Source: Basidiobolus meristosporus CBS 931.73
Lineage: Eukaryota; Fungi; Basidiobolomycota
Direction of reading: 5' to 3'
Assembly (NCBI GenBank): GCA_002104905.1
Contig: MCFE01000196.1
Span: 1-64,000 of the forward strand
Length of the DNA: 64,000 nucleotides
Part shown: positions 47,250-61,500 of the stretch, piece by piece
How the letters are laid out: each line of letters begins with the position of its first letter
How positions within the stretch are numbered: the first letter of the stretch is position 1
The notes under the pieces: model-generated
What the model was told of the DNA's origin: nothing
Seen by the model: only the letters and a program-made list of their open reading frames with translations
Databases searched by the model: none
Translations under genes and position numbers: made by a program

Positions 47250-49130
47250 AATTACTGACTAATTGTATTTCCTAATGTAGGCGGTGGCTAATGACTCATT
47301 AGACTGCATCAACATCACCCAATAAGATCCTACTTCATATATCTATTTCTGTTTGATAAGGATCTGCTGATTCATTTGCTGACTGATGCTACTGATTTGA
47401 TAGGTAACTCTGATATACTAACAGGCTAAGCATATAACAAATTGATTTGACTAAAAGCTGATCCAACTTAAACATTCAAGCAGTATATCATAACATTCTC
47501 CCCTACTAAAGTTGAGAGGGTTCTCCTGAATCTCTTTTCTTGTGATACCAATATCTTGATGGTTCAGTATTATCAGTAAGTCTTGAAAGCTTGAGTCTGA
47601 CCCTTTGCACTAAGTCTTCCTGGATGTTGCTTTGTTTGTCCACTAGTTGGTAAGTTGCAAATGGACATTCCCTGATGATCTTGAATGGTCCTGTTCATTG
47701 TGGCTCAAACTTCTTCCAAGAGTTGTTTCTTAGCAATGCAAAGATCCTAACTGTCAATGCTTCTGGTGCTATAGTCTTGGTCTTATCAAATCTCTGCTTC
47801 ATCTTTTCTGCACTTTGAGATACTTTGGTCTGTGCCTCTTGATGTCTTTGTACCATCTGCTGGTGTCTACTTGGCTGACTGAGCTCATATTCTAAGGTGT
47901 CTGTAAGCTTTGGTTGTGTGAGATCTCCTGGAATCCTTGGTTCACATCCATACACTAAGTAAAATGGAAATTGTTGGGTGGTGTTGTTTACTCTGACTCT
48001 GGATGCAAAGAGTGCTTGGTCTTTATACTCATTGCATCTGCTGACAACTCCATTTACATATGTGGTCAGCATTCTTCCAAATAACTCATTAAACCATTCA
48101 GTGACTCCATTAGTTTTGGGGTGATATGCCACGGCTTTCAAGTGTTTAATCTGCTGCATTTCCAGTTAAGCTTCCAATGGCTTTGCCATAAAGTTTGAAC
48201 CTCTCTTAGATAGAATCACTACAGGGCATCCAAACTTCATAAGGATCTCATAGTAGATGAAACTTGCAACTTCTTGTTCACTGGCTATTGGTACAGCTTT
48301 AGCAACTGGCCATTTGATGGCATAGTCAATTGCTACTGGGAGCCAACAGTTACACTTCCTGGTAGTTGGCAGACTTCAAGTAAAGTCTATTACCCATCTT
48401 TCAAATGGTCTTACTAGCTCCAAGGGAAAGAGCTTGGAAATTCTTTGTGGCTGGCCTTGATTGATTTGGCAGTTTAGGCAGGTTTTCACTAGCTTCTCAA
48501 CATCATGTTTCACTCTGGGCCACTATGCTCTGGCTTTCACAAGGCTATAGGTTCCTTCAATTCCAAGATGTCCTTATCCATTGTGTAGCCTATGTATTAA
48601 ATCAAGGCAAGCAACATAAGGGCAATAGACTTGTTCCATCATTCCGGCTGATCATAGTGCCCAATAGTGCCATAGCATGCCAGATAGTGCCTGATCATGC
48701 CACAGAGTGCCAGATGGTGCCATACAGTGCCAATTCAGGATCAAAATTGATAAGCATATGACCCTAAAATATCAAATTAATAACAAAATATACAGCACTC
48801 TCTGGCACTATGATCAATGGCACAATGGAACAAGTCTAATAGGCAATAGGGCTTCAATCAGCAATTTGGTAGAGTGTTTGATCCTGTACTACAAATCTGC
48901 TGGCTTCATCCCAGATTATCTTCTTGATATCTTCATCCACCTCATTAGGAATGGCTTGGTCCTCCAAGTACTTTTGTAATAGGCTAGGCCAATCTGATTC
49001 ATGCACCAAGTTGAGTTGTGCAACTTGTTATAATCTTGATAAGGCATCAGTAACCTTATTGTTTTTCCCAGGGCAGTAGACAATCTCCAAATCAGATTGC
49101 TGAATGTATTCACTCCATCTGTTGTGTTGT
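47250..49130 (-). mobile_element. Ty3/gypsy 3' fragment: partial 3' LTR (47250-47495), PPT and decayed integrase
   Basis: YHPKTNGVTE and PFYLVYGCEPRIP. PPT AGTAGGGGAGAA is followed by TGTTA on the minus strand. Confidence 0.85.
48627..48837. mobile_element. 211 bp MITE of the same family as 19877-20610, TSD AAT, inserted in the gypsy pol region
   Basis: Ends AGACTTGTTCCAT...ATGGAACAAGTCT, flanked by AAT. The empty site GGGCAATA is visible in paralogs near 53750 and 59651. Confidence 0.9.
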
Positions 49131-49439
49131 ATTATGATTAGTTTGGGGTTTGTTCTACAATGTAGAGGCTAATCAACAATGTACAACAACTTCCAGTATG
49201 CTAATACGGAGATAATTTATTAGGAGCTTGATATACCAATAGAAGATATAACCTTCACTAATACCCTCAATCTTAGGTTCAAAATATACTGTAAGCAGTG
49301 TTTATCACTTCTACAGCAGTGTTCTGACCTTCTGTCAACTAATGGGCTTATTTACTTTGATAGTGACTTTTCCTTATTTGGATGTCACTTTCCTTTGAGA
49401 AATTATTTGCTAATATGCAAATTCTTAACTCCCCTTTAA

Positions 49440-49630
49440 CCTAAAGTGGCATGTTGTAGAAGTCTCTAAAGGGGTGTCTTTAGAGTAAAGGGGCTTCTTG
49501 TAGTGGTCTCTAAAGTGGACTTTACACTATAGGGGTGCCTAAAGGGGCTTCTTTAGAGTAAAGGGGTTTCTTAAAGGGGTCCCTAGAGGGGTGTCTTTAG
49601 AGTAAAGGGGCTTCTTAGGGGGACTTTTCC
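49440..49630. repeat. Imperfect tandem repeat of TAAAGGGG(C/T)TTCTT and TAGAGTAAAGGGG units
   Basis: About ten short GGGG-containing units seen directly. Confidence 0.75.
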
Positions 49631-50326
49631 AACAGAAAAGTGGTAGTTTCTTGTAGAACATAGATTGGATTCTTGTGAGCTTTGCATTCGTTTTACTGAA
49701 GTAGTGCCAATGAAAGTCAGAGTACTCAATGATGTAAGTGATGCAGGGGAAGTCTTATAACCTTTAAACCTGTAATTGTAGTGTGGAGATTCTGGAAAGA
49801 GAGGCTCTCTTTTATTTATCAGCTGGGGAAGTCATATATGAAGTTTCTGAAGGATCAAAGTTTTTGAGCACTTGCGCAAGCAATACATGTTATATAAGAC
49901 TAAACTTTTGCAGTGGTGCAGATTGGACATAGGCGCAGCACCTGTGCAAATCTCACATGATTTGATTAGCTGGTTCAAAAGTTACATGCAATCAAAGTCA
50001 CCATAGTAATCCTTGCAATAGTGGCCTAGTATGTATAATAATTGCACTCTTATAGTCATAACTCCGTAAGTACTGCTTCAAATGAGCTGTAACTTGTAAC
50101 ATGTGTTGGCTACTGCATATTCTGTATGACATAATATTCTTGGGAGGATTGCTTGTCAGGGTCTGGAGTATTTGTCCTTTAGAGTTGAAAGTTCTTGATC
50201 TTTCACCTGTGTGTTACAATACAAAAAGCAAAATGCTTAAATGAGTGCAATATTGGTCTTGAGATATTGTAGTAATGGAATACTTTCCATTACCACACAT
50301 CTTATCATTCTTCTAGAGAGTACCTT

Positions 50327-51240
50327 CTAAGTAAATATATACTTGAGGGAGGCATGAGCAGTCATCACAGTGTAATTGGTTCCTTCAATATAGCATCTCC
50401 ATGTCTTCAAGCAGTGTGTTATTGCAAGCATCTCCTTCTCATGGACTGGATAGTTTTGTTCTGCTGAGTTTAGTTTCTTGGATTCAAAGACAACTGGGTA
50501 GTCCTTTCCCTTGTGTTCTTGGCTCAGCACTCCACCAATTGCATAGTCTGAAGCATCTGTGCACAGAGTAAACTCTTTTCTGAAGTCAGATATTCTTAAG
50601 CTTGGTAGCTTAGCAAATTCATTCTTGAGCGTCTGAAAGGCAGTCTCACAAGCTATGTCCCACTTGTAGGTATTGTCTTTCTTGAGGATATCAGTAAAAG
50701 GGGCTGCAATACTAGCAAAGGACTTGACAAATATCCAATAATAGGAGACCATTCCAAGGAATGATCTGAGTTCTGCTATGCTATGGGGCTGCTTCCAATT
50801 CTTGATAACTTCAGCCTTCTTAGAGTATAAGGTTACTCATGTGCTAGTCACTATGTGTCCCAGATATTCAAAGTGTTCCTTGAAGAATTCACTCTTTGCT
50901 AGCTTGCCATATAGTGGGTTCTCTCTTAGCTTCTTCAAGACCTTTTCAATGTGCACCAAGTGATCCTCTTCTATCTTGCTGAATATCAATATGCCATTGA
51001 TGTAGATTATCACAAACTTGTCCAAGTACTCCTGGAAGACAGTCTGCATCAGGGTCGTGAATGTTGCAGAGGCATTAGTGAGGCCCAAACTCATGACTAA
51101 GTACTTGTAAAGTCCACATCTGGTCCTGAATGCTGTCTTAGGGATGTCTTCTGGCTTCACCCTAATTGGTTGTATCCTGACATGAGGTCAATCTTGCTGA
51201 ATTTAATGGCTCCATTAAGTTGGTCCAAAAGTTCATCAAT
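50327..51240 (-). mobile_element. Ty3/gypsy RT-RNaseH fragment
   Basis: KTAFRT..GLY.YLVM..GLTNA.ATF, VIIYINGILIFS, LCTDASDYAIGGVLSQ and NYPVHEKEMLAI. Confidence 0.92.
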
Positions 51241-52085
51241 CAATACATCCTATGCTGCCCAGATGGCAAGTAAACACCTGATTTTGGCAAATGGACTTGG
51301 TGTCATAGCTAGCACACAACTAATTGGGTAGCTGCAAAACAGATCAAATAGATACACTGGTGTTACCAACTACATATAAGTATGAAGAGCGTCTATTTAT
51401 AGGTGTTGTGGGTCAAGCATGAAGCAATCCTGATGTTACTTATATCATATTTTTATGACTACTAGCATGCAATGACTCAATCTGAATTGTAAAAAAAATG
51501 TGTTGCTTAGAACATGACAAATGATAGCAATACAATGCAACCACATCATCCTCTAGTTTTTCATTTCACAAGGATTACTACTGTAGCATTTGGCAGTGAC
51601 TCACTTTGAGCACACACACTATTGTCTTGTTGACTATCATCTTCACTACTTGTGAACTTGTAATTAGTATTGTGCCTCCTGGCTGATGAGTGCAGTGCTG
51701 AAGCTGTTGAAATAGTTAGGAGTCCACCTAGTTGCTAATATTTATGAACTTGCACTTAGTTAAATGATATATCTCAGAATATTAGCTCAGAAATTAGTTT
51801 GTAAGATACTTGTTAATTATTAGTAATTTGCAAAGTACGGAATTTTAGGAAAGTTTGCAATGTGTCCAAATGGGCTGAAACTTGTGACATATAATCCTGA
51901 GACTCCCCTAGTAATGTGTAAATAGCTACATGTATGTAGTTTATCCATAAGTATAAATACTATGTTGCAACTCAACAAGTCACCAGTGTATAATATGTAA
52001 ATCTTTTAATCCTTAGTCTCACTTGCAATAATTGCTTGACTATTTCAAAAGAAGCCCGGCTGTGCCAAATTGCCTTAGATGATGT

Positions 52086-53882
52086 TGTTACAAGTCTTGG
52101 TATAAGAGTTGTAGAGGAATAGGGAGTTTAGCTGGTGTTGTACTCACTAAAACTTGAGCTGCTTTTTATTGAGGTTCCAGCAGCTCCTTTTACACATTTT
52201 GCCATATCAATTGCTGACTAATTTTATTTCCTAATATAGATTGTGGCTGACAACTCATTTGATTGCATCATCATTGCCCAATAAAATCCTACTTAATATA
52301 TCTATTTCTGTCTGATAAGGATCTGCCAATTCATTTGCTGACTAATGTACTGATTTGATAGAAAATTCTGATATACTGATAGGCTAAGCATATAACTAAT
52401 TGATTTGACTAAAAACAGATCTAACTTAAACATCAAGTGGTGGATTAAAATATGGCAACTCATTTGATTGCATCATCATTGCCCAATAATATCCAACTTA
52501 ATATATCTATCTCTGTTTGATAAGCATCTGCTGATTCATCTGCTTATTACTGCTAATGATATGATTGATAACACTGATGTATTGAAAGGCTAAACATATA
52601 ACTAATTAACTTGACTAAAAACTTATTTAACTCAAGCATTCAAGCAATAGATCATAACATTCTCCCCTACTAAAGTTGAGAGGGTTCTCCTGAATCTCTT
52701 TTCTTATTATACCAATATCTTGATGGTTCAGTATTGTTGGCAAGTCTTGCAAGCTTGAGTCTGTCTCTATGAGCTAAATCTTCCCAGATATTCCCTTGTT
52801 TGTCCACTAGTTGGTAAGTTGCAAATGGACATTGTCTGATGATCTTAAAAGGTTGGGTCCATTGTGGCTCAATCATCTTCCAAGTATTGTTTCTCAACAA
52901 TATAAGGTTCCCATCTGTCAATGATTCTGGTGATATAGTCTTATCAAATCTCTGCTTCATCTTTTTGCACTTTGAGGTACTTTGGCTTGTGCCTCTTGAT
53001 GTTTTGTTCTAGCTGCTGGTGTCTACTTGGCTGACTGAGCTCATCTTCTAAGGTGTCTGTAAGCTTTGGTTGTGTGAGATCTCCTGGAATCCTTGGTTCA
53101 CATCCATACACTAAGTAAAATGGCAATTGTTTGGTGGTGTTGTACTCTAACTCTGCGTGCAAAAAGTGCTTGGTTTATATACTCATCCATCTACTGACAG
53201 CTCCATTTGCATACTTGGTCAGCATTTCCCAATAATCCATTCATCCATTCAGTGGCTCCATTAATTCTGGGGTGATATGCCAAGGTTCTCAAGTGTCTTA
53301 TGTGCTGCATTTCCAGGTAAGCTTCCAATGTCTTTGCCATAAAGTTTGCTCCTCTATTGAATAAAATCTCTACAGGACATCCAATCTTTATAAGGATCTC
53401 TTGGTAGATGAAACTTGCAACTTCTTGTTCACTGGCTACAGGTATTACTTTAGCCACTGGCCATTTTTGGCATGGTCAATTGCTACTACAGTCCAATGGT
53501 GCATTTCCCGGTAGTTGGCAGTCTTCCAATAAAGTCAATTCCCCATCTTTCAAATGGTCTTACAGGCTCCAAGGGATAGAGTTCAGCAATTCTCTGTGGT
53601 TGGCCTTAGTTGATTTGGCAATTTGAGCATATTTTCACTGGTTTCTCAACATCTTGTTTCATTCAGGGCCATTATGGTCTGGCTTTCACAAGGCTATAGG
53701 TTCCTATTCATTGTGTAGCATATGTATTAAATCCAGGTGAGCAACATAAGGGCAATAGACAATAAGGCTTGCATCCACAGTTTTGTAGAGTGTTTCATCT
53801 TGTACTACAAATTTGCTGGCTTCATCCTGGGTTATCTTCTTGATATTGCAATCCACTTCTTAGGAATGGCTTGGTCCTCCAA
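52086..53882 (-). mobile_element. Ty3/gypsy 3' fragment: 3' LTR with internal duplication (52086-52659), PPT, integrase
   Basis: LTR TGTTACA...TAACA with its second half repeated from about 52455. Integrase remnant AYHPRINGATE. Confidence 0.88.
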
Positions 53883-53974
53883 GTCCTTAGCTTATATATA
53901 ATCATATAAGCAGAATTCTATTGAAAGCAATGCATCTAGAGCACTATGTAGGGTAAATAAAGCAAGAAAATCAC

Positions 53975-54140
53975 TATTGCAAGCAACATTAATAGGATGG
54001 CACAAAGTACCAGCAACTGCATCCTACAACTGGCATCAGGGTAGAGATTATAGTACTAGATGTTTCCACAGAGTGCTGGATCAATCTGGCACTATAAACT
54101 GGCTAGCACTATATGACACTACCCAATGGAACAAGTCCAT
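53975..54140. mobile_element. Partial MITE copy (right terminus only)
   Basis: GGCACTA subrepeats ending CCAATGGAACAAGTC. Confidence 0.6.
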
Positions 54141-54599
54141 TGTGTTGGTACCATTAAATAACTGTTGAGACTAAGAGGTATTGATGCAGTGCAGAAACCA
54201 TGTAAAGATCATTGAAAAAATTGATCCTCAGATTTTATAAAAATTTAATCAAAACTTCTATCATAATATGCATAAGTAACTTTGACTGATTCCCTGCCTA
54301 TGATTGCACTTTCTGATCCTGGACACTCAAACATCTCCTATGCTTGTGTGCATTTGTAGTTGATTGCCGCTTTTCCACGTTCCTTACTCTTAATTCAACC
54401 AATCCACTTACTTTTCATGCATGAAAACCATTTGATTTCCATTTAAACTGCTGTTGTAACTTAATTGCTAAGGGTACTGAAGTATACAGGTTCTTATGCA
54501 CAAAAATATAGTTAAGCTCAGCTTTGCGCTTCTCAAGTAACTCCATTAAGATAAACCACTAATCAAATGTATCTGATGCATTCTTATGAACTGCAGCTT

Positions 54600-54927
54600 A
54601 CATGTTCAAGTCATATTATTGTTTAGTAAAATCAATTAGTATTATATTTAGGCTATATTTATATCAGTATGACCTATGTAGTTGGTAGTAATAGACAGCA
54701 GATGAATCAGCAGATCCTTAACAGACATAAATTGATATAGCAAGAATGATCTGATTGAGTGATGATGATGCATTCAGATGATTCATCAACCCAGCCTATA
54801 TTAGGCAATACAATCAGCCATATATTAATCTTCTGAGACCCCAATAAAGAACGGTGTAAGTGTAAGTCAATACAAGACTAGCTATACTCCCTATTCCTCT
54901 ACAGATCATATACAATGACTTTTAGCA
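54600..54927 (+). mobile_element. Old diverged gypsy LTR in the opposite orientation
   Basis: Reverse complement of the 58503-58871 LTR (GATGAATCAGCAGATCCTTA; CTAGCT..ACTCCCTATTCCTCTACA). Confidence 0.7.
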
Positions 54928-56384
54928 GTAATGCCCTTTTTTCATGACATTAGTAGGAGCCCCATGGCTTTGTGCCATTGTTGATTTGCTGGTTCCCAAA
55001 TATCCAGGTTTTTGGCTGACTCCCAGACTTGCAATAAGTCCCTACAATATTCCAGTGAGTTTTTATTACAATTGCTTCTGAAAAAGTGCTGGAACCTCTT
55101 GGTGTGCTTAGTAATGGTGTGCCAATTAATGTTCCATGATTCCACAGTAGATATGATGATAATCTTCTAACTTCTTGATGCTTGAACTCTGTATATCTGT
55201 GGTATTCATACCTTAGCAACAATGGAAGATGTGCAGGCTGTAGTAGATGAATTTCCTTTCTTTGCAAACTCATCTACCTCACTGAAGTATAGCTCAACCA
55301 GCTAAGCTTCCAGCTGTTGAGAAAATAGCTGTTATCATATTGGTAATACTTCCAGGCTATTGTGGGATTCAGTCAGTCCTGGGCTGACAGAGTTAACTGG
55401 TGAAAGCTGCAGCCTTTCTAATGCTTCCCTCTCTCTGGCTGGTGTAGACCTACTTCCCTCTGCCTTGACCTTAATCACTGACAGTCTGTTCACTTCTTCT
55501 CCAAAAGATTCATTACTCTAAAAGTATCACTTGCTCATCCTGTATCAAGATATTAGCCCAATTTCTCTAGGCCTTTGCATCTATGCTACATGTCTTGGCT
55601 TCAAGCCTTCAGCATCATTTGTTGGTGGAAGGAAGAGCAGCTGATGACCAAGGTTATTATGTATGCTAGTTGGCCTAGTCTACCCCTAGAAAGAATGTTA
55701 GCCTAGTTACTAATAAGCTTGCTTTGGAGAAAGGGAGGGTTGTAACTGTTGTGGAGGTTAGAGTCCAGCTAATATTATGCATGTATTCTGCCAGCCTTTT
55801 CTTAATATTTTTCTTAAGGGTAGGTGCATTTTCTGAAATATAAGACTTTTATGAGCTAATATGGATAATGACAATGAGTAATACAAGAGTGCATTGTTCT
55901 CAAGAGTGAAGCTGTTTGCCCCATGGCTAGGTATACTTCCAATCAACATTGTGTAAGCAGGGACAATGACCATGTGGCTGTTGTAGCAAGCTTTTGAGCC
56001 ATGGAGCATGCAGAGAGCATGGATGCTATTACAATGATCATGAACAGTGTTGTGTTACACATGTCATATTGAAGCACTCATTGGTAACCACTATACCAAC
56101 CTTTTTGTTGCTGGCCACCTGATACCTCAATAATAACACATAGCTGCACTTGTCACCTTTAGCAAACTGATTTATGTTAGTTTGTGATGCTTTTTGGCTA
56201 ACCTCAGCATTCAGAATATGGCCTGCAGAGAGATGGCTGTATGGAAGATGGCCCACTGAAAAGTTTTAATCCCCGCTCCCCTCATAATATTATCAATCAT
56301 GTGACAGGCAAGATGCCAGCATGCAATAAGGCATCACCTGTAGAAAAAGACACCAAGGATTCATTGTGACAAATCATGACATAA

Positions 56385-56595
56385 AAGTTCCAGAGGAATA
56401 GGGAGTTCAGCCAGAGTTGTATTTGCTAAAACTTGAATTAATCATTATAGGGGTTCAGGCAGCTTACTAAATACTTTTTGCTAGATTAATTGCTGACTAA
56501 TTATATATCTTCAGGTAGGTTATAGCTGTTGACCCCTTTGATTGCATTCTTCTCACCCAATTAGATCTGACTTGATATACCTATTTCTTGATATG
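56385..56595 (-). mobile_element. Diverged gypsy LTR fragment
   Basis: AGAGGAATAGGGAGTT...ATTGCTGACTAATT...CACCCAAT matches the LTR. Confidence 0.65.
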
Positions 56596-57119
56596 GCATG
56601 CGGAGTGATTGATACAAAGAAGAAGGCTCACCAATGGATTGTGAGCCTATCTCCCCTAATAGCAGCACCCTGTATGGGATCAGCAAACTCCTAACATGAA
56701 ATGAGTCAACACCCTTATAAAAAAGCATCAATGATGCATCACAGACCCAAGTGAGCCCAGTAACCCATATCCAGGTTGATGATGTAGTGTTATGGCTAGA
56801 GAAATGGCATGTTTCCGCTAATGTCAGTTATGGGAAGATTGCAGATTAACTGCTACCTCTTTGCAAGATTACTCCAGGATACATATAACCATGTACTTGG
56901 TACAAATGAAGATAGTTAACTGTGTTCATTGCTTGAAGAAATTGGTATGTTATTCAGCTCAATAATAGAAAATATCATTATGGCAGAGCATATATTATTA
57001 TCTGCATAGGAAATGCCCCAGCTGTTGGCAACATTGCTGGCTTTCTGATCACCATGGATGGTATTGCTGTCAAATCTGTGAGATCCAGCAGGTTCACTCA
57101 TTAACTTATGTGCACTATT

Positions 57120-58060
57120 ATTACCCAAACTCCAATGCTAACAGCATCAAGTCAGTATTCATTTGCAGCAAAGAAAATGGCAAGCTCTAAGTTATTGCCC
57201 AAGATATGGAATTTATAAAATACCTTGGATGGCAAAGATGGTGGGGATCTGTTGGAGCAAAACTTTCAACTGGGAGCAGTGCATTTGCTCTTTGACAATA
57301 TCTCTATAGCAATAATAAAGTTGTACACTGCGCATGATTAGTTTAATGAACCCTTTGAGATACAAGATAAATTTGAGAGAATTGACAAGTTATCACAGAG
57401 TATTGGCCACATGAAGTATTTTGCTTAAGCTGTGATCAAGGTTCATAGTCATATCCACCAATACAAATGTAAGGACTAGATGAACTCAAGCTGTATTTAT
57501 ACAAGTGGGTTTCTAATGTAAGTTCCACCCAGAGTACATTGGAAGCATTGGGAGTTGCATGATGGCATTGTAGAGATACTTGTCTAGCAGCAGGCTGCAA
57601 TGTCAATGTGTTACATCTACAGCTTTTAACCAAGGGGTTTGTGACATTTTGAGAGGGTATATTACAAGCATATTGTTGACTATCTAGATCTCTGTTACTC
57701 CTGCAATCATTATATGCCCCATCTTGCCTGGTGTGTGATTAATATTGGGCCTTGCTTCACATTCTGGGGGCTTGCTGTGGAGCATATTTGTGGGGAGATA
57801 GGAAGACATGTATAGTCACCGGTACTACTGCATCCCAATCACATCACAAATATCACCTTGATGTCCATCGTAAATGTGATGAGTAGTTACATGGAAGCCA
57901 GCCAGGAAGAGTTAGACAGTACTGATGGCAGATGTGCACATGGAGACACCTATGCCTTTGGCATTAAGAAGTTAGGAAGCCCTAATGCACTGGCAATCAG
58001 TAACTTAAGGCAACATTGAGTGGAATACAACAAGCAACCAACTTTGCTAGGAAAACCTTG
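57120..58060 (+). mobile_element. Second CACTA-type transposase fragment, inverted relative to 45770-46640
   Basis: Reverse-complement matches, e.g. TGTGGGGAGATAGGAAGACA and GATGTGCACATGGAGACACCTATGCC. Confidence 0.75.
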
Positions 58061-58502
58061 ACAAAGTAGGCCTTGAGCTCCTGATGGCCCTATGGTATGA
58101 CAACCCTGAGGTGATGGTGTGCTGGACCTCCTGCAGCCTCTTGACTATCAGTCCACTCTTGATGACTCCCAGCTGCTTCATGGATCATCAGCAACTTTTA
58201 TTATTAGGCTGTGATATCATTATCAAATTCAATCCCTCCCATGCTGTGATGGGTTTAACTAGGAGCTTTTTCTTGTGGCTTTGATGTTGCACTTCAAAGA
58301 CAATATTGAGCTTCTGTAGTGTCACCTTGAGAAATGACTCAATTCTGGTAAGTGATATTGAGCTACATTTGTTCCATTACTGCTGCAAAGATGCTGCATT
58401 GCCTACCAGAGATATTGGTTGCTCTACCCAAAAGATCTGCAAATCATTGCTCAGAACTATTTCCTGATATCTTTGTGCCATTGCATCTATCCTATTTGCC
58501 AT

Positions 58503-61500
58503 TGTTACATGTCTTGGTATAAGAGTTGTGGAGTAATTGGGAGTTTAGCTAGTATTGTCTTCACTAAACCTGAACTGATTTTTATTGAGGTTCCAGCAGC
58601 TCCTTATATACATTTTTACCGGATCAATTGCTGACTACTTGTATTTCCTAACATAGGTTGTGGCTGATGACTCATTTGATTGCATCATCATCACCCAATT
58701 GGATCCTACTTAGTATATCTATTCTTATCTGATAAGGATCTGTTGATTCATCTGCTGACTGATGCTACTGATTTGATAGATAACACTGATATACTGGTAG
58801 GCTCAACATATAGCAAGTTGATTTGACTAAAAACTGATCTAACTTAAACATTCAAGCAGTATATCATAACATTCTCCCCTACTAAAGTTGAGAGGGTTCT
58901 CCTGAATCTCTTTTCTTGTGATACCAATATCTTGATGGTTCAGTATTATCAGCAAGTCTTGAAAGCTTGAGTCTGTCCCTTTGCACTAAGTAAAATGGTA
59001 ATTGTTGGGTGGTGTGTGTACCTTAATTTTGCATGCAAAAAGTGCTTGCTCTATATACTCATCCCATCTACTGACAACTCCATTTGCATACTTGGTCAGC
59101 ATTTTCCTATAAAAAGCCATTACACTGCTCAGTGACTCCATTAGTTCTAAGGCAATATGCCGAGGTCTTCATGTGTCTGATATGCTGCATTTCCAGATAA
59201 GCTTCCAATGTCTTTGCCACAAAGTATGCTCCTCTATTGGACAAAATCTCTACAGGGCATCCAAACTTCATAATGATCTCATGGTAGATAAAACTTGCAA
59301 CTTCTTGTTCACTGGCCACAAGTACTGCTTTATCCACTGGACATTTTGTGGCATGGTTAATTGCAACTGGGATCCAACAGTTGTATTTTCTAGTAGTTGC
59401 CAGTCTTCCAGTAAAGTTGATTCACCATCTTTGAAATGGTTTTACTGGCTCCAAAGAAAAGAGTTTGGCAACTTTCTGTGGTTGGCTTTGGATGGTCTGG
59501 CAATTTGGGCAGGTTTTCACTGGTTTCTCAATGTCTTGTCTCATTCTGAGCCTCCATGCTCTGGCTTTCACAAGGCCATAGGTTCCTTCAGTTCCAAGAT
59601 GTCCATATCCATTGTGTGGCATATGTATTAATTCCAGGTGAGCAACATAAGGGCAATAAGCAACAGGGCTTCCATCCACAATTTTGTAGAGTGTTTCATC
59701 CTGTACTACAAAATTGCTGGCTTCATCCTTGACTATCTTCTTGATATTGTAGTCCACCTCATTAGGAATAGCTTGGTCCTCCAAGTCCTTGGGTAATAGG
59801 CTAGGCTAATCTGATTCATGCACCAAGTTAAGTTGTGCAACTTGTTCTAATCTTGATAAGGCATCAGCAACTGTGTTGCTTTTCCCAGGGCAGTAGACAA
59901 TCTCCAAATCAAATTGCTGAATATATTCACTTCATATTGTCACTCATATAGAGAGTACCTTCTGTTGAGCAGTCTTCATAGTGTATTTGACTCCTTCAAT
60001 ATAGCATCATCATGTCATCAAGCAGTGTATTATAGAAAACATCTCCTTCTCATGCACTGGATAGTTTTGTTCAGCTGAGCTCAGTGTTATTACACTTATA
60101 GGTATTCTTGTTCTTGAGGATATCAGCTAAAGGGGCTGTAATACTTGCAAAGGACTTGACAAATCTCCAGTGATAGGAAACTATTCCAAGAATTAATCTG
60201 AGTTCTGATATGCTATGAGGCTGCTTCAGATTCTTGACAACTTCAACCTTCTTAGGGTCTGAGTTCACTCCTGCACTAGTCACTATGTGTTGCAGATATT
60301 CAACATCTTCTTTGACAAATTTACACTTGACTATCTTACCATATAGTGGGTTCTCTCTTAGCTTCTTCAAGACCTTTTCAATGTGCACCACATGACCCTC
60401 TTCTGTCATGCTTTACAGCTGTTACATGTCTTGATATAAGAGTTGTAGTAGAATAAGGAGTTTAGCTAGTATTGTATTCACTAAAGCCTTTACTGATCTT
60501 TATTGAAGTTCCAGCAGCTCCTTATATACATTGTGCCAGATCAATTGCTGACTAATTGTATTTCCTAATGTACGTTGTGGCTGATGACTCATTTGATTTC
60601 ATCATCATCACCCAATAAGATCCTACTTAATATATCTATTTCTGTCTGATAAGGATCTGCTAATTCATTTGCTGACTAATGCTACTGATTTGATAGATAA
60701 TACTGATATACTGATAACCTAAACAGATACTAATTGATCTGACTAAAAACTGATCTAACTTAAACATTCAAGCAGCAGATTATAACATAGCAGTATGTCA
60801 TCTGGGTAGATTATCACAAACTTGTCTTAGTATTTCTGGAAGACAGTCTGCATCAGGGTCATGAATGTTGCAGGGGCATTGGTGAGGCCAAAGCTCATAA
60901 CTAAGTACTTGTAACACTCATATATATTCCTGAATGCCATCTTAGGGATGTCTTATGGCTTCACCCTAATCTGGTTGTATCCTGACAAGAGGCCAACCTT
61001 GCTGAAAATAGTGGCACCATTGAGTTGGTCCAGAAGCTCATCAATCCAAGGTTTGGGATACTTATTCTTCATGGTAGCTGAGATGAGGGCTATGTAGTCA
61101 ATGCACATCCTAAGTGCTCCATCCATCTTCTTCACAAAAAGTTAAGGTGCTTCCCAAGGTGGTTTGCTGCGTCTGATATATCCTTGCCCCAATAACTGAT
61201 CTATTTGTCCATTTATCTCTTCCAAATCCAATGGGCGCATTCTGTAAGGTGTTTTACTCACTGGAGGGCTATCACATGTGTCAATGGCATGATCCACATC
61301 TCTGACTGGCAGTAGGCTTACAAGCTCATCTGGATAAATGTCTGAGTTTTACTTTAAAAGATTGTGGACTTTCTGGGGTATAGGAGTAGACAAATCCTTT
61401 GGTAATACTGCCATGAGGAACATCTGGGTGTCTTTTCTAATTGCTCTACAGAACTGTGTCTTGCTAAGTTCACTTGTTTCACACATACTAAATTGACCAA

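Noticed and set aside
55750-57100. Possible Kyakuja-Dileera-Zisupton transposase remnants
   Set aside because: Only vague motif resemblance in heavily mutated frames; cannot be supported without an HMM search.
60415-60792. TSD around the nested solo LTR
   Set aside because: The flanks CAGC and TAGC match only with a mismatch, and adjacent host bases are missing.
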